Translations under genes and position numbers: made by a program
Assembly: GCA_965226795.1 (NCBI GenBank)
Contig: CBDDDZ010000005.1
Span: 64,001-128,000, forward strand
Origin: Candidatus Latescibacterota bacterium
GTDB lineage: Bacteria > Latescibacterota > UBA2968 > GCA-2709665
Direction of reading: 5' to 3'
Length of the DNA: 64,000 nucleotides
Shown here: piece after piece, positions 21,401 to 32,014 of the stretch
Layout of the letters: every line of letters starts with the position of its first letter
How positions within the stretch are numbered: position 1 is the first letter of the stretch
The notes under the pieces: model-generated
The model's database searches: none
Told to the model about the DNA's origin: nothing
Seen by the model: only the letters and a program-made list of their open reading frames with translations

Positions 21401-23739
21401 TCACGTCAGATATCGTTTTGAAAAGCAGAGTGAGGAACCCCGAGAAACTGTTGGATCGCGCCCTCCTGTGGCTGCACGAGCAGGAGGTCATTCGCCTCAA
21501 CAAGGGCCTCGCGGTATTCCGTCCGGCGATGACCATCAGGTTGGCCGAAGATAGACGAGGCTTCGCCAACGCCGACTTCGAACCACTAAAGCTCCACTAC
21601 AAGGGGCAGGCGCTGCAGATCCACGTGATGGCCGAATTCGCGCAACGGGGCCTCAGGGATATGGCAGACGCCCTGCGGCTGGCACTTGATTACTTCAATC
21701 TCAAACAGCAGGATTTCCTACGTCAATGGCTACCGGATCGAGGCAAGGAAATCGAGCGGGAGACCACCCCCGAGTCCTGGCGAGCCATCGTCGAGAGCCT
21801 GAAGAATCCCGTCCAACAGCGCATTGTTGCTGATGATCGCGAGCAGACGAACGTCCTGGTGCTTGCCGGGCCCGGGTCCGGAAAGACGCGTGTTCTGGTG
21901 CATCGCATCGCCTACCTTATCCGCGCGAAACGGGAGAATCCCCGCGGCATTCTGGCGCTGGCTTATAACAGGCATGCCGCGGTCGAGATCCGGCGCCGTC
22001 TGACGGATTTGATTGACGATGACGCTCGAGGGGTGACTGTTCTCACGTGTCACGCCCTGGCCATGCGTCTTGTCGGGGTGAGTTTTCAGGACCGGGAACG
22101 CCGGCCGCTGGACGACGATGGGTTTAGGGAGGTGCTGCGCCAGGCGACGGCGCTGCTGCGCGGCGAAGGGCTTGAGCCCGAGGAAGCAGACGATCAGCGG
22201 GAACGGCTTCTCAGGGGCTTCCGCTGGATCCTTGTGGATGAATATCAGGATATCGGTAAGGATCAATACGCGTTGATATCGGCGTTGGCGGGACGGACGC
22301 TGAAAGACGATGACCGCAAGCTGACCCTCTTCGCAGTTGGCGACGACGATCAGAACATTTACGCCTTCAACGGCGCTTCAGTGGAGTTCATCCGGCGTTT
22401 CGAGGCGGATTACGGTCCGAAACCCAACTATCTGATTGACAATTACCGCTCCACCGGCCACATCATCAAGGCGGCCAATTCCCTGATCAATCCTGCACGA
22501 ACACGGCTGAAGACCGGACACCCCATACGGATTGACCGTGCGCGTGCGAAAAATCCGCCTGGCGGCGACTGGGAGACGTTGGACCCGGTCGCCCGAGGTC
22601 GGATCCAGATTCTGTCTGCCATGCCCGATCCGAACTCGCAGGCGCCGATCGCGATGTTGGAGTTACAGCGTCTCGCCGCATTCTCGCCAAATTGGGATTG
22701 GTCGACGTGTGCGGTGATCGCACGCGAGTGGAAATACCTGGAACCGGTGCGCGCGTATTGCGAAGTCAATGGTATCCCGGCGCAAATGGCGAATGAGGTA
22801 ATCCCGAGTTTCTGGCACCTGCGGGAGACCCGCGCATTCGTAGAATGGCTGAGGGGACTGGATAACCGTCTTGTAGATGGCGCGGCTTTGGATGACTGGG
22901 TGGATACTCGTCCGCGAGGCCCGTGGATTGAACTGCTCCGGCAGGCGCTCGAGGAGCACGCCCTGGAAACCGCAGGCGCGGAAGTGCCTGTGGACCACTT
23001 CATCGAGTGGCTTGCGGAATGGGGGCGGGATGTACGGCGCCGCCAGCGCGGGCTATTGCTGTCGACCGCGCATCGGGCCAAGGGACTGGAGTTCGATCAC
23101 ATCTTGGTACTCGACGGCGGCTGGAACAAGGTCGACAGGGGCGAAGATCCGGACGCGCCGCGCAGGCTCTACTACGTGGCCATGACCCGTGCACGGCAAA
23201 CGCTCGCGCTTGTACGTTTTCAAGGATCGCGCCCCACGGAGGGACTCGCACGTTCAGATTTCGTTAGAGAGCCGGCACCCCCCGCGTACGGGGAGCGACT
23301 CCGCTCGCTGCCCTACAAGTTTCCCAACAACGGCGCGATTTTGCACCGCGAGCCCGCTGCGATTCCAAACGACACCATCGAACTCAGCCGCCAATACCGG
23401 CGGCCGACATTGGGCGAGGTCAACCTGGGTTTCGCGGGGCGGCAGAACGCAAGTCATCCTGTGCATCGCGCGATAGCCGCCCTGTCATCAGGCGATCAGC
23501 TGTGGACGCGGATTACGGATATGGGATCGTGGGAGTTGCTGGACCGGTCGGGTACGTTGGTGGGGCGTCTTGCACAGGCGTTTGAACCGCCGGCGGAAAC
23601 GCGGTGCACGGCGGCCACGGTTTACGCGGTCGTAACCTGGAGCCGCGATGCATCGGAACCGGGGTTCCGTGAACACGCAAAATGCGATGTTTGGGAGGTT
23701 GTGGTGCCGGAACTCGTCTTCGAGCCTGAGAGCGAGTAG
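18466..23739 (+). CDS. Exonuclease-like + RecQ (SF2) + UvrD (SF1) fusion helicase
   Basis: SIDLE/GHNLIAFD (DEDD-like); PTGTGKSLCYQ, DEAHCLSRWGHDFRPDY, ATNAFGMGIDK; AGPGSGKT, VDEYQD, VGDDDQNIY, NYRS, HRAKGLEF, YVAMTRA; start could be ATG 18520. Confidence 0.92.
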   Translation: MSEQNNGAPVESLSSLVNMDSDLLHRCLSIDLEVGKNNGRIRAFAAVRVDADQSFIFQKGNLATALTELDRFADDAALLLGHNLIAFDLPHLTAAKSDLRLLKLPAVDTLKLNPLAFPRNPYHHLVKHYQDPQLKRGRINDPELDARLALNLFRDQWRALETVCENTPDLLLAWHWLTAPAADGAGMDAFSGNERAGFGAFFSALRRSQPPSDVEARTAIGSLLKGNACQNHGQSFVENIDQGAWPLAYALAWLSVSGGNSVMPPWVRHQFPEAGKLVRQLRDKPCGQSDCEWCRDRHDPRKELKRWFGFDDFRPEPTDEKGRPMQQAIVEAAMAGEHVLGILPTGTGKSLCYQIPALSRYDKTGALTVVISPLVALMADQVVGLEARGIGSCVAISGLLSMPERADALDRVRLGDAAILLVSPEQLRSRSLRRVLDQREIGAWVLDEAHCLSRWGHDFRPDYRYIGRFIREKAGQGPIPPVLCLTATAKPDVVADIKQHFQDELGVEISVFDGGAHRTNLDFVVVQTTEPEKFAHIHQILMADLPPKTPGGAIVYCATRRQTEEAAQFLQLKEVAAEHFHAGLPPETKKRVQQRFISGELRVITATNAFGMGIDKPDVRLVIHADIPGSLENYMQESGRAGRDRKMARCVLLYTSEDVERQFGMSAYSRLSRREIHGVLRALRNLDRKKRFGGEVVATAGEILGEDDEKAFERDSATDDTRVRTAVSWLEESVLLTREENRVQVFPSSLRVSSVEEAGTKLAKREILDEYRRQLMKLVEALIDADPDEGISTDELMGVSGLSAEGVRGALYALERLGIASNDTALTAFVHVGVPRNSRKRFDEAMELETALIAHMREAAPDLNKGDASTLHLRVAAQTLRNAGVVNPLPEFLWRILRSIAADGRGEGGDAGSLGVRRRDTETVHVELRREWPDLEELASRRREGAKLLLDHLLSCLPPNSRGTDLLAETTLGKLLDAITSDIVLKSRVRNPEKLLDRALLWLHEQEVIRLNKGLAVFRPAMTIRLAEDRRGFANADFEPLKLHYKGQALQIHVMAEFAQRGLRDMADALRLALDYFNLKQQDFLRQWLPDRGKEIERETTPESWRAIVESLKNPVQQRIVADDREQTNVLVLAGPGSGKTRVLVHRIAYLIRAKRENPRGILALAYNRHAAVEIRRRLTDLIDDDARGVTVLTCHALAMRLVGVSFQDRERRPLDDDGFREVLRQATALLRGEGLEPEEADDQRERLLRGFRWILVDEYQDIGKDQYALISALAGRTLKDDDRKLTLFAVGDDDQNIYAFNGASVEFIRRFEADYGPKPNYLIDNYRSTGHIIKAANSLINPARTRLKTGHPIRIDRARAKNPPGGDWETLDPVARGRIQILSAMPDPNSQAPIAMLELQRLAAFSPNWDWSTCAVIAREWKYLEPVRAYCEVNGIPAQMANEVIPSFWHLRETRAFVEWLRGLDNRLVDGAALDDWVDTRPRGPWIELLRQALEEHALETAGAEVPVDHFIEWLAEWGRDVRRRQRGLLLSTAHRAKGLEFDHILVLDGGWNKVDRGEDPDAPRRLYYVAMTRARQTLALVRFQGSRPTEGLARSDFVREPAPPAYGERLRSLPYKFPNNGAILHREPAAIPNDTIELSRQYRRPTLGEVNLGFAGRQNASHPVHRAIAALSSGDQLWTRITDMGSWELLDRSGTLVGRLAQAFEPPAETRCTAATVYAVVTWSRDASEPGFREHAKCDVWEVVVPELVFEPESE

Positions 23740-23964
23740 TCCTGTAAGGATACGGTGTTAGGGTTGCTGCTTCCCGGGCGTCATATAGCCAACGATCGCG
23801 GGAATCGCCCGATACCGCGTGTGAGACGCACATGCGACGGCTGCGATCCGGAGGGGGGCGTGGAGAGGTTTCGTCGTAGATTGCGTGGGAGTAGGGAGAG
23901 TCCTATCGATGTCAAATCTGAAGACTGGCCTGACAGAAAATTTGTAGATGGCAGGAACCACACG

Positions 23965-24451
23965 TCAGTCGATCCTGCTATTCTCGTGACTATCAACCGC
24001 ATTGTGCGTCGAATGAGCGTCTCGATTGATGACCAGGCACCCAGCCGTAATGTCGTGAAGCCCTTGTTTTCGCTTCGTAAATGCCACTATAATAAAGCCA
24101 ACGAAGAATATCAGCATTGAAAACAACTTACAGAAGTTTCGCCCAATAGCTATTCCAACGCCGATGCGATTTCCATGCATGTCGGTGACCTTTATACCGA
24201 CGGCCAACTTACCCAGTGTCCCTTGTTTACTCGAAGACTCGAAAACCGCATAATAGACCCACGTTATCGCCAGGCTTATCACCAACCCAAATCCTTGCGC
24301 CTCTGTGTTTAACTCAGCTAGTTCTTCCGCCCCTGCGGATGTCACTATCGCTAATAGATAAAGGAATACATAAAGTAATCCATATTGCGTAGATGACCAG
24401 GCTATCGATCCATGCCGCCGCGAATCTCTTCCAAAACCCAGCATACACCAC
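23965..24451 (-). pseudogene. RDD family membrane protein, frameshifted
   Basis: VYAGFWKRFAAAWIDSLVIYA lies in a different frame from ESSSKQGTLGK...KQGLHD; shift near 24385. Confidence 0.75.
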
Positions 24452-24501
24452 GCGAATTTCCCTCGCTGGAAATGCCCCACCTTTCGCCGATCCAGTGGGG
24501 T

Positions 24502-24906
24502 TTACGTGCCGTCGGAGCAGTGTATCGCAGGTGATACTTCGCCCTCAGCCATGTCTTTAATCCGATCGACCAGCCACCTCCAATCGGCCGCATCGTCACA
24601 ATTCAACGTGCGCTCAGAGACGTCATCGGAGACCGTGAGGTTGAGTACATGCCACTCACCCAAATGGGTTTCGAAGTTCACATCAAGAGTGATCTCGTTC
24701 GGCTCGAGGGACCACTCGGCCTGAACTCCACCTGTCTCAGTCGGATAGAGATGTGGTAGGGGCAATACATCGGGAAAATTGCACTCGAAGACGTCGTTTA
24801 ACCATTCAAGGCCATTGGTGGGCGGCGATATCCCTTCACCGTCGAGCCAACCGTCCTGCAGCAGGCGCAGTTCGTCGAGTTGTACACCGAAGTTCAGTGG
24901 GTCCAT
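24502..24906 (-). CDS. Hypothetical protein (possibly the C-terminal stump of a larger protein)
   Basis: Protein-like sequence DGWLDGEG...LYPTETGGVQAEW; in-frame stop 8 codons upstream of ATG. Confidence 0.6.
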   Translation of the reverse strand: MDPLNFGVQLDELRLLQDGWLDGEGISPPTNGLEWLNDVFECNFPDVLPLPHLYPTETGGVQAEWSLEPNEITLDVNFETHLGEWHVLNLTVSDDVSERTLNCDDAADWRWLVDRIKDMAEGEVSPAIHCSDGT

Positions 24907-24927
24907 AGAACTGCTCCGACTTTGTCG

Positions 24928-25050
24928 TCATCCACTTTGACGGATTTGTTGTGAAAAAACGTAGTGTTGCTGATTAATATAGATGAATTCGAACCAGATC
25001 CCGTCCAGGTGTTGAAAGTCTGTATCCGTTGAAAGAAGCGTAGCTCCGCT
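24928..25050 (-). pseudogene. C-terminal stump of a PIN-domain (VapC-like) toxin
   Basis: ATLLSTDTDFQHL matches the last acidic motif of PIN domains; no N-terminal part present. Confidence 0.6.
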
Positions 25051-25066
25051 TGAATGATCGGTATGT

Positions 25067-26008
25067 TCAATCGAGTTGGGCCAGGAGATGTTCGATCGGT
25101 TCATCTCCAGGCCAGGCCCCGGCAAGCTCAATAGGGTCGAATGCATTTACTTCCTTCCTCGGAGCAGGAAACAAGCCGCGTGAATCCGAAACGTCGACCG
25201 TCGGCACTTCTTCGAAGACGTTATCACCTCCCTGATGACCACTAATCCGACGAGCCTCGATGAGACGTGGTTGCCCGTTGACCTTGAAGTGCACGATGCC
25301 CTCGACAGTCGCGTGCTTACCCCACAAAGGACGCAGCGCTTCCACGTCCAATGATGTCGGGTCTACACGTCCCAAAAGCGCTGAACCCTGTCCCACCACC
25401 AGGCGAAAGCGACCGTTGCCGTGTTTGATCTCGTCAAGCCTTCCACTTACGATAAACGCTCTCGGTTCCGGGATGTCACTCAAACGATCTTTAACTCCCG
25501 CGCAAGCATTGTCGTCCAACGCAAAATGCCCATGCGCCGCGCCTTGAGGGACCAATTCATAACGCACACCGGCCACACCGGCCGCTTTTCCGAATTTGAG
25601 AATTGCCTCCAAAACAGAACTGTCGAAATAGTCTCCCACGGGATTGTCCAACTGAGTTTCATTTACGGATTGAGCGACGAGGTCGAGCGCCGTCTCGTCA
25701 ATGCTCGGTTGTTTTCTCCATAAATCCTCCTGGGCGAATTGCTCGCGGGCAGTGTCACCAAGCTTTGGAGCTTCTAACTGAATAGTAGTCGATCCAGACT
25801 CCAATCCAGTTATCGTAAAGTCGATCGCAGAGCTCAGCCATTGGGGTCTCGCCCCCTTCCCGACGCCCACGCCAGTGGCGAACAGGCGGGTTGCCCGTTC
25901 TGCTGTAGCGAGAAGGGCGTCCATAACCCGCCGGAGGGTCGTTACCTTGATTTGACCATTGCCTTCTCTCAGACCGCTGATTTTTAGTTGATAGCGTTCT
26001 GTCTTCAT
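25067..26008 (-). CDS. Hypothetical protein with acidic antitoxin-like tail
   Basis: 313-aa ORF from ATG 26008 with GGAG upstream; ends AGAWPGDEPIEHLLAQLD directly before the PIN stump. Confidence 0.75.
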   Translation of the reverse strand: MKTERYQLKISGLREGNGQIKVTTLRRVMDALLATAERATRLFATGVGVGKGARPQWLSSAIDFTITGLESGSTTIQLEAPKLGDTAREQFAQEDLWRKQPSIDETALDLVAQSVNETQLDNPVGDYFDSSVLEAILKFGKAAGVAGVRYELVPQGAAHGHFALDDNACAGVKDRLSDIPEPRAFIVSGRLDEIKHGNGRFRLVVGQGSALLGRVDPTSLDVEALRPLWGKHATVEGIVHFKVNGQPRLIEARRISGHQGGDNVFEEVPTVDVSDSRGLFPAPRKEVNAFDPIELAGAWPGDEPIEHLLAQLD

Positions 26009-26058
26009 GACGCTACTCACTCTCCCATAATGCAAGTTGACGAAATAATCTAAACGTC

Positions 26059-29000
26059 TTAGCCAAGCACTTCGACGAGCTCGGCAACGACCTGAAGCTC
26101 CCCTTCATCCCTCTCGTTCAGAACGATGGGTTCGAATTCGGGATTGTTTGGCAGGAGCGTAATGTGGTCGTGCCGCCAGGATTCACCATATTGGATTTTT
26201 TCGCTGTGATAACGCTTGATGGTGTAACGCTGGCCGGTTTCGGGATCGGTTGCGTCGCTGAGTTGCACCAGGACGGTCTTTCCCTCACGTGTACCTTCGA
26301 CCGGAGCACGAAATAAGCCATACCCTCCGTTGGGGATCGCTGGTTCCATTGATCGTCCCACGATCTGCGCGACAAACATACCTGGCCGGAGACGATGGCG
26401 AGAATCCACGGATGCCCATTCGAATTCTCCGTCCTCGATGTGCTGCGGATCGCCGAATGCGCCAGCGGCGGCTTTGAGCGGAACAAACGGTACACATGTA
26501 ACGTATCGTTCCTCGGGCCCGCCTTCAACCAGTCGCAGTGCGGCCGGGAACCCGTGATCTGTCGCAGTTTCATCTGTTACGGCCGATTCGGAACGCAGCC
26601 GTCGATAGGCTTCGGCAGTCATCCAATTGCGGACAGTATTCTGGAATGAGTCGTCGTTCATATATCGCTGAAAGATCGCCTCGTTCTGATCCATGCGTTC
26701 GACGAAGATTTGATCCAGTAGACTTCTGAACACCAGTTCGAATTTGTCCTCGGGGTTTACCGCTGCCGCCTGACGCATTCCATCGTCGGCAATTGCGGCC
26801 TCGACGATGTGATCGAAGAAGAGTTGGTCGGCCTGGTTGAAGTCGGTCCCAAACCGCTCGTTGACGACGTCGATCAGTTGGGAAAGCGGGACCGATTCCT
26901 CGTGTAATTCGCCGGTGCCGACCTCTTTTGGTCCGTCCAGGGCGTGCGCGTTCCCCTCAGCCAGGGAAATCGAGCCTTCGCTGATCTTCTGGAGGCGGTA
27001 GTAATCAAGTCGTACGTCGTCGTCGAAATGATAGGCCGGACCGCTCCTGCGTTTTCGCAGTTTCGGCGCCAGATGTCGAAGGAACACGTGCAGGCGTTCC
27101 AGGTCCGTGTCCTGGTACGGAATGATCTGGCTCAAAAAACCGTAGAGGTTGCGGAACACCTGGATCTTTCCACGCAGGAGTTCGGCCCCGTCTTCATCTT
27201 CTTCCCACAGTTCGTTAAAGCGTGAGACTGCGGGATCAAGCGCGGCGTTCATTTCCTTGTGGTCTTGCACGCTCTGACGCTGCCTGGGCTTGAAATATAC
27301 GGCACAGAACCGTCTGATTTCCTCTTCGAGATAGATCCCTGACGCGTCGAGATCCCCCTTAACCTCGTACATTTTCCCGGGATCGACTTCCTCTCCCATC
27401 TCCGCGCCTTCGTAATAGACCTTAAACGCCTCCCGGATCTCTTCCCGGTCATTGACGAAGTCCAGCACGAACGTGTCCTCTTTGAGAGGATGGGTGCGGT
27501 TGAGGCGTGAAAGCGTCTGTACGGCCTGGATGCCCGCGAGTCGTTTGTCAACGTACATCGTGTGAAGAAGCGGTTGATCGAATCCGGTCTGGTATTTCTC
27601 CGCCACCAGCAGTACCTGATACTCCTGTGTGGCGAACTTCTCCGGAAGTTCCCTTTCACGAATGCCCTGGTTCATCTTTACTTCGGTGAACTCGACGTTT
27701 GGTCCTTCGTCGTCATGTACGGTTCCGGAGAACGCAACCAGCGTCTTGATCGGGTATTGCTTCTGCTCAATGTATCGATCGAAATTCAGCTTGTAACGCA
27801 CAGCTTCCAGGCGCGAGCCTGTCACCACCATAGCCTTGGCCCTGCCGCCGATCTTGTGCCGTGTAACGGTCTGGAAATGTTCCACCATTACTTCGGTTTT
27901 TTGAGCAATGTTATATGCGTGCAGGCGCATAAAGCGCGCCAGCGCGCGCGCCGCCTGTTTACGCTCGACGTTCGGATCTTCTTCGCAGGCCTTCAGGAGC
28001 TTGTAGTATGTCGCATAGGTCGTGTAGTGCTCGAGAACGTCGAGGATGAATCCTTCCTCGATTGCCTGCCGCATCGTGTATTTATGGAATTGCTCACCGT
28101 CGCGCCCAAAAACGGCAAGCGTTCTGTGTTTTGGCGTCGCCGTGAATGCAAAGAAACTCAGGTTTGCCTGCCTGCCGCGCTTGGCTATGCTGCGGAACAA
28201 TTCTTCGAGTTCTTCGCTCCCCTCCTCCTCCGCGCGTCTGCGTGCCTCCTCCCGCAGATCTTCTCCACCCAGGACCTCCCTGAGATGCGTCGAAGTCTCC
28301 CCGCCCTGCGAACTGTGCGCTTCATCGACGATGACCGCACAGCGCCGTGTAGGTAGTGTGCCGGTTCCGGAGGCGCCTCTGTCCTCGTCCATCTTGAGCA
28401 GATGTCGTGACACAAAAGGGAACTTCTGAAGTGTGGTTATGATGATCGGGACTGCGTTCTCAAGGGCTTCTGCGAGTTGCCTAGACCGTTCGTCGATCTT
28501 CTGGACGACGCCATGCTTGTGTTCAAATTGGTAGATCGTGTCTTGCAGTTGCTGGTCGAGGACGACGCGGTCAGTCACAACAATTACACTGTCGAACATG
28601 CGCTCATTTGTCTCGTTGTGCAGGGAAGCGAGGCGGTGTGCAAGCCAGCCGATTGTGTTGCTCTTGCCGCTGCCCGCCGAGTGTTCGACAAGGTAGTTGT
28701 TTCCGACACCCTCTTCGCGAGCCGTTCTCACCAATTGCCGGACAGCATCGAGTTGATGATAGCGGGGAAAAATCATCGACTCCACTTTCACCTTGCGGCC
28801 CTGGTCGTCGCGTTTTTCCTCGGTCTGCAGATGGATATAGCGTGCGAAAATGTCGAGCAGGCTGTCGCGTTCGAACACTTCCTCCCAGAGGTATGCCGTC
28901 CGATAGTCCCGCCCGTCTGGATCGGGCGGGTTTCCGGCTCCACCATCATTGCCTTTGTCGAACGGTAGAAACTGGGTCGCTTCCCCGGCCAGTCGAGTGG

Positions 29001-29595
29001 TCATGCGTACGCACTCGGTGTCGACTGCGAAATGAACGAGCGAACGCCGTTTGAATTCGAAGATCGGCTCTCGGGGATCACGATCCCGGCGATACTGACG
29101 CATCGCGTCCTCGACCGTCTGCCCCGTCAGCGGGTTCTTGAGTTCCACCGTAGCGACGGGTATACCGTTCAGGCTTAGCGCAATGTCGAGGGACTTCTCT
29201 GATCGAGGGGAGAAATGGAGTTGGCGGGTAAGGCCAAGCTGGTTGGCGGCGTAGCGGGCTTCAAGTTCCGGATTCAATTCATGAGCGGCCTTGAAAAATG
29301 CCGGATACAGCGTCCGACCGTAGCACTTGAAACCATGGCGCAACGTAGCGAGCGAGCCATTTGCGTCCATCCATTTGCACAGGTCCGTGAGAACCTGCTC
29401 TCCCGTTCTATCACCGTGCAGCGCCTCCAGCCTGGCCCATTCTTTGGGTTGAGTATCACGAATAAACGCTAGCACGGTATCGGGAAAAATCGCTCGGTCC
29501 CGGTCGAAGCCCTCACGGGCAACGGGAACGTATCCGTTCTGGAGCAGATGAGCTTCGATTACCGTTTCGAAGGCGGCTTCACTGGTCTGGTTCAT
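26059..29595 (-). CDS. hsdR: Type I restriction subunit R with C-terminal S24 (LexA-like) peptidase domain
   Basis: [20 protein letters not shown] nuclease motif, [32 protein letters not shown]-terminal KAAAG / GRSMEP / TIKRY. Confidence 0.95.
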   Translation of the reverse strand: MNQTSEAAFETVIEAHLLQNGYVPVAREGFDRDRAIFPDTVLAFIRDTQPKEWARLEALHGDRTGEQVLTDLCKWMDANGSLATLRHGFKCYGRTLYPAFFKAAHELNPELEARYAANQLGLTRQLHFSPRSEKSLDIALSLNGIPVATVELKNPLTGQTVEDAMRQYRRDRDPREPIFEFKRRSLVHFAVDTECVRMTTRLAGEATQFLPFDKGNDGGAGNPPDPDGRDYRTAYLWEEVFERDSLLDIFARYIHLQTEEKRDDQGRKVKVESMIFPRYHQLDAVRQLVRTAREEGVGNNYLVEHSAGSGKSNTIGWLAHRLASLHNETNERMFDSVIVVTDRVVLDQQLQDTIYQFEHKHGVVQKIDERSRQLAEALENAVPIIITTLQKFPFVSRHLLKMDEDRGASGTGTLPTRRCAVIVDEAHSSQGGETSTHLREVLGGEDLREEARRRAEEEGSEELEELFRSIAKRGRQANLSFFAFTATPKHRTLAVFGRDGEQFHKYTMRQAIEEGFILDVLEHYTTYATYYKLLKACEEDPNVERKQAARALARFMRLHAYNIAQKTEVMVEHFQTVTRHKIGGRAKAMVVTGSRLEAVRYKLNFDRYIEQKQYPIKTLVAFSGTVHDDEGPNVEFTEVKMNQGIRERELPEKFATQEYQVLLVAEKYQTGFDQPLLHTMYVDKRLAGIQAVQTLSRLNRTHPLKEDTFVLDFVNDREEIREAFKVYYEGAEMGEEVDPGKMYEVKGDLDASGIYLEEEIRRFCAVYFKPRQRQSVQDHKEMNAALDPAVSRFNELWEEDEDGAELLRGKIQVFRNLYGFLSQIIPYQDTDLERLHVFLRHLAPKLRKRRSGPAYHFDDDVRLDYYRLQKISEGSISLAEGNAHALDGPKEVGTGELHEESVPLSQLIDVVNERFGTDFNQADQLFFDHIVEAAIADDGMRQAAAVNPEDKFELVFRSLLDQIFVERMDQNEAIFQRYMNDDSFQNTVRNWMTAEAYRRLRSESAVTDETATDHGFPAALRLVEGGPEERYVTCVPFVPLKAAAGAFGDPQHIEDGEFEWASVDSRHRLRPGMFVAQIVGRSMEPAIPNGGYGLFRAPVEGTREGKTVLVQLSDATDPETGQRYTIKRYHSEKIQYGESWRHDHITLLPNNPEFEPIVLNERDEGELQVVAELVEVLG

Positions 29596-30596
29596 GTTTT
29601 CTTTTAAGCATCACTTTGGTCATTCGTGATCTTCGATTTCCATCTTGCAGAGAAACTTGGGCGGAGCTTTTGGAAAGCCATAGTATTGGCGTGACTTGAT
29701 GATCGTCAGTAGCTCCTTTACAACTCATGCTGGTTCATGGTTTTTCAGATAGAGAACCCGTAACTCGCGGCCCGTGATAGCGACTTCCTCTACTTCTTCA
29801 TCACAGTAAAATCTGTAACGCCCGCCGACCTCCAAACCATCGAGACTGGGCCCCCCTCCCTTAACCTTGCCCCAACGCTTTCCTTCGTTCGTGAGCAATC
29901 CCCAGGAGCCGTTTCCACGGTTAAATCTCTCGAAGGTTCCCTCCAGCGTTATTGATTCACTTCCCAGATTAGTAACACTCGAAAGTGCTTCTATTAGCAG
30001 GCCTGCCTCGGACTGCGATACTGCGCGGTTGCTTGGGCGTTCTGATTTCGGTTCGGCCCACGAGTAGCGCAGCCCCGTTTCTCGTTCAACCAAAAAACGC
30101 AAGAGCTTCAGATATGTCCCTGCCAGGTGCCCACGTTGTTCCTTTACGGTGAGAAGTGTTTTCTCAGGGTTCGCAGTGTCCTCAAATAGCACATCGATTC
30201 GTCGTAGTGCTCTAGCAAGTTTACTGCCTCCGAAAAAATCCGGCATACTCGCTGCTTCAAGAACAATCTGAAATGATCCGGCTGCCGCTGGTACAACGAC
30301 ATCCATCATGTCTTCATCCGGCTGCCGATAGCGAGGATCATCTCCCTTCATTTCTGTTCTGTAAGCGTATTTGACCATGCCCTGAACGAGATTCAACATC
30401 TCTGCGAGCGTATTCGCACGGATACGATGTTGCGTCGTCGCCTCTGGTGGCTCTGCGACGACCTCAAGTACGAGGTTGTTGCGTTCCCGTGCTTCCCTGA
30501 GCACAGAATCGTCTGAAGAGCGGTCGTGTAACACAAAACCAGCATCTGGAAGAAATCCACTATCCATGAGGGTAGTAGACAGATTATTAAGCACTA

Positions 30597-31754
30597 GTAC
30601 TTAGTTGGTTAAATTAGAGTATTTATTTTCAAGGGATTTCGGTGTGACCTTTGTAGCCTTCCACTGGAAGGGGTGGGCGTTCTCGTTATAGGCGTCAATG
30701 AAGTGGTCGATGGCACAACGGAGGTCGCGAATCGAGGAGAAGGAGCCGCCTTTGAGTGCGCTTCTCCACAGGATGCTGAACCAGATTTCGATCTGGTTGA
30801 GCCAGGACGCGTGGGTGGGCGTGTAGTAGAAGTGGACATTGTGGTTGCGGGGCAGCCATCGGTCGGTCTTGGGCTTGTGGGTGTTGAGGTTGTCCAGGAT
30901 GATGTGGAGTTCCTGATCGGGGAATTCGGCGACGAGTTCGTTCATAAAACTCAAGAATTGGCGTCGTTTACGCCGCTTGTGATGCCCGGCCTTGACCCAA
31001 CCGGTAGCGACGTTCAGTGCAGCAAACAAGGTGGAAGTGCCGTTTCTCTTGTATTCGTGATTAAAACCGGTCATCGCCTTACCGTTGGGCAGCTTGAGCC
31101 ATCCCTGCACTCGTTCCAACGCCTGGATCGCTGGCTTTTCGTCGACGCATAATACAAGCGCGTTTTCGGGAGGGTCCAGATACAACCCAACGATGGCTGC
31201 GGCCTTGGTGGCAAATTCAGGATCTGTGCTGATACACCAGCTGCGCCTTCTGGCAAGTGAGATCCCGTGGTTGCGCAACACCTGCCAGACATAGTGGACC
31301 GAAATCCCCAGATTGTTGGCCAACAGCGGGCCGGTCCAGGTTGCATAGCCCTTCGGCGGGGCTTCGTCCAAGGTCCGTAGAATGCGCTTTTCACTCGACG
31401 CGTCGTACTTGGCAGGCTTGCCAGAGCGCGGCTTGTCCAGCAACCCGGAAAGGCCCGACTCGTGAAAGCGCCGCCGCCATTTACACACCGTCGCTTCGCG
31501 TGTCCCCAGATCCCTGGCGATGTCGCGGCCCACAACACCCTGCGATGCAGAAAGAACAATCCGGGCTCTCAGCGCGAAGCGTTGTTGCGTCGTACCTGAT
31601 CGGGTCCAGCTCAACAGCGTCTGATGTTCCTCGTCATTCAATGTGATCAACGGTGCCGGGCGGCTCATAGGTGGTCTCCTCTTCACGATTGATTTGAGAA
31701 TCGTAACCTACGAGCACAAGATATATTATTTCGCTTTCTTTATCAAGTAGACAC
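30597..31754 (-). mobile_element. IS630-family insertion sequence
   Basis: Flanked by CTAG at 30594 and 31754 (TA duplication); imperfect inverted ends; single transposase ORF. Confidence 0.93.
30601..31668 (-). CDS. IS630 transposase
   Basis: HTH region, CVDEK, EYKRNGT, ILDNLNTHK, TPTHASWLNQIEIWF (DDE); ORF uninterrupted. Confidence 0.96.
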   Translation of the reverse strand: MSRPAPLITLNDEEHQTLLSWTRSGTTQQRFALRARIVLSASQGVVGRDIARDLGTREATVCKWRRRFHESGLSGLLDKPRSGKPAKYDASSEKRILRTLDEAPPKGYATWTGPLLANNLGISVHYVWQVLRNHGISLARRRSWCISTDPEFATKAAAIVGLYLDPPENALVLCVDEKPAIQALERVQGWLKLPNGKAMTGFNHEYKRNGTSTLFAALNVATGWVKAGHHKRRKRRQFLSFMNELVAEFPDQELHIILDNLNTHKPKTDRWLPRNHNVHFYYTPTHASWLNQIEIWFSILWRSALKGGSFSSIRDLRCAIDHFIDAYNENAHPFQWKATKVTPKSLENKYSNLTN

Positions 31755-32014
31755 TAGTGGATGATCCAAGTCGGTATCTACTGTCGCCAGATACCGTTCC
31801 TCTTCGTCCGATTCTATCAGCAATGACCGCAGATCGAGTGCGCCTGAACGGAATTCACGCAATTGCTCGGGAGGGACACCGGCTACGAGATAACGTTCAT
31901 TTTGATTATCAGACTCCACCATGACCGCAACATAGTGTCCACCGATCGCATCGTGGGCCTCGAAGACCTGCGGGCCATCGTAATAGAAAAGCGTCTTGGT
32001 GTGTCGGATCTTTT

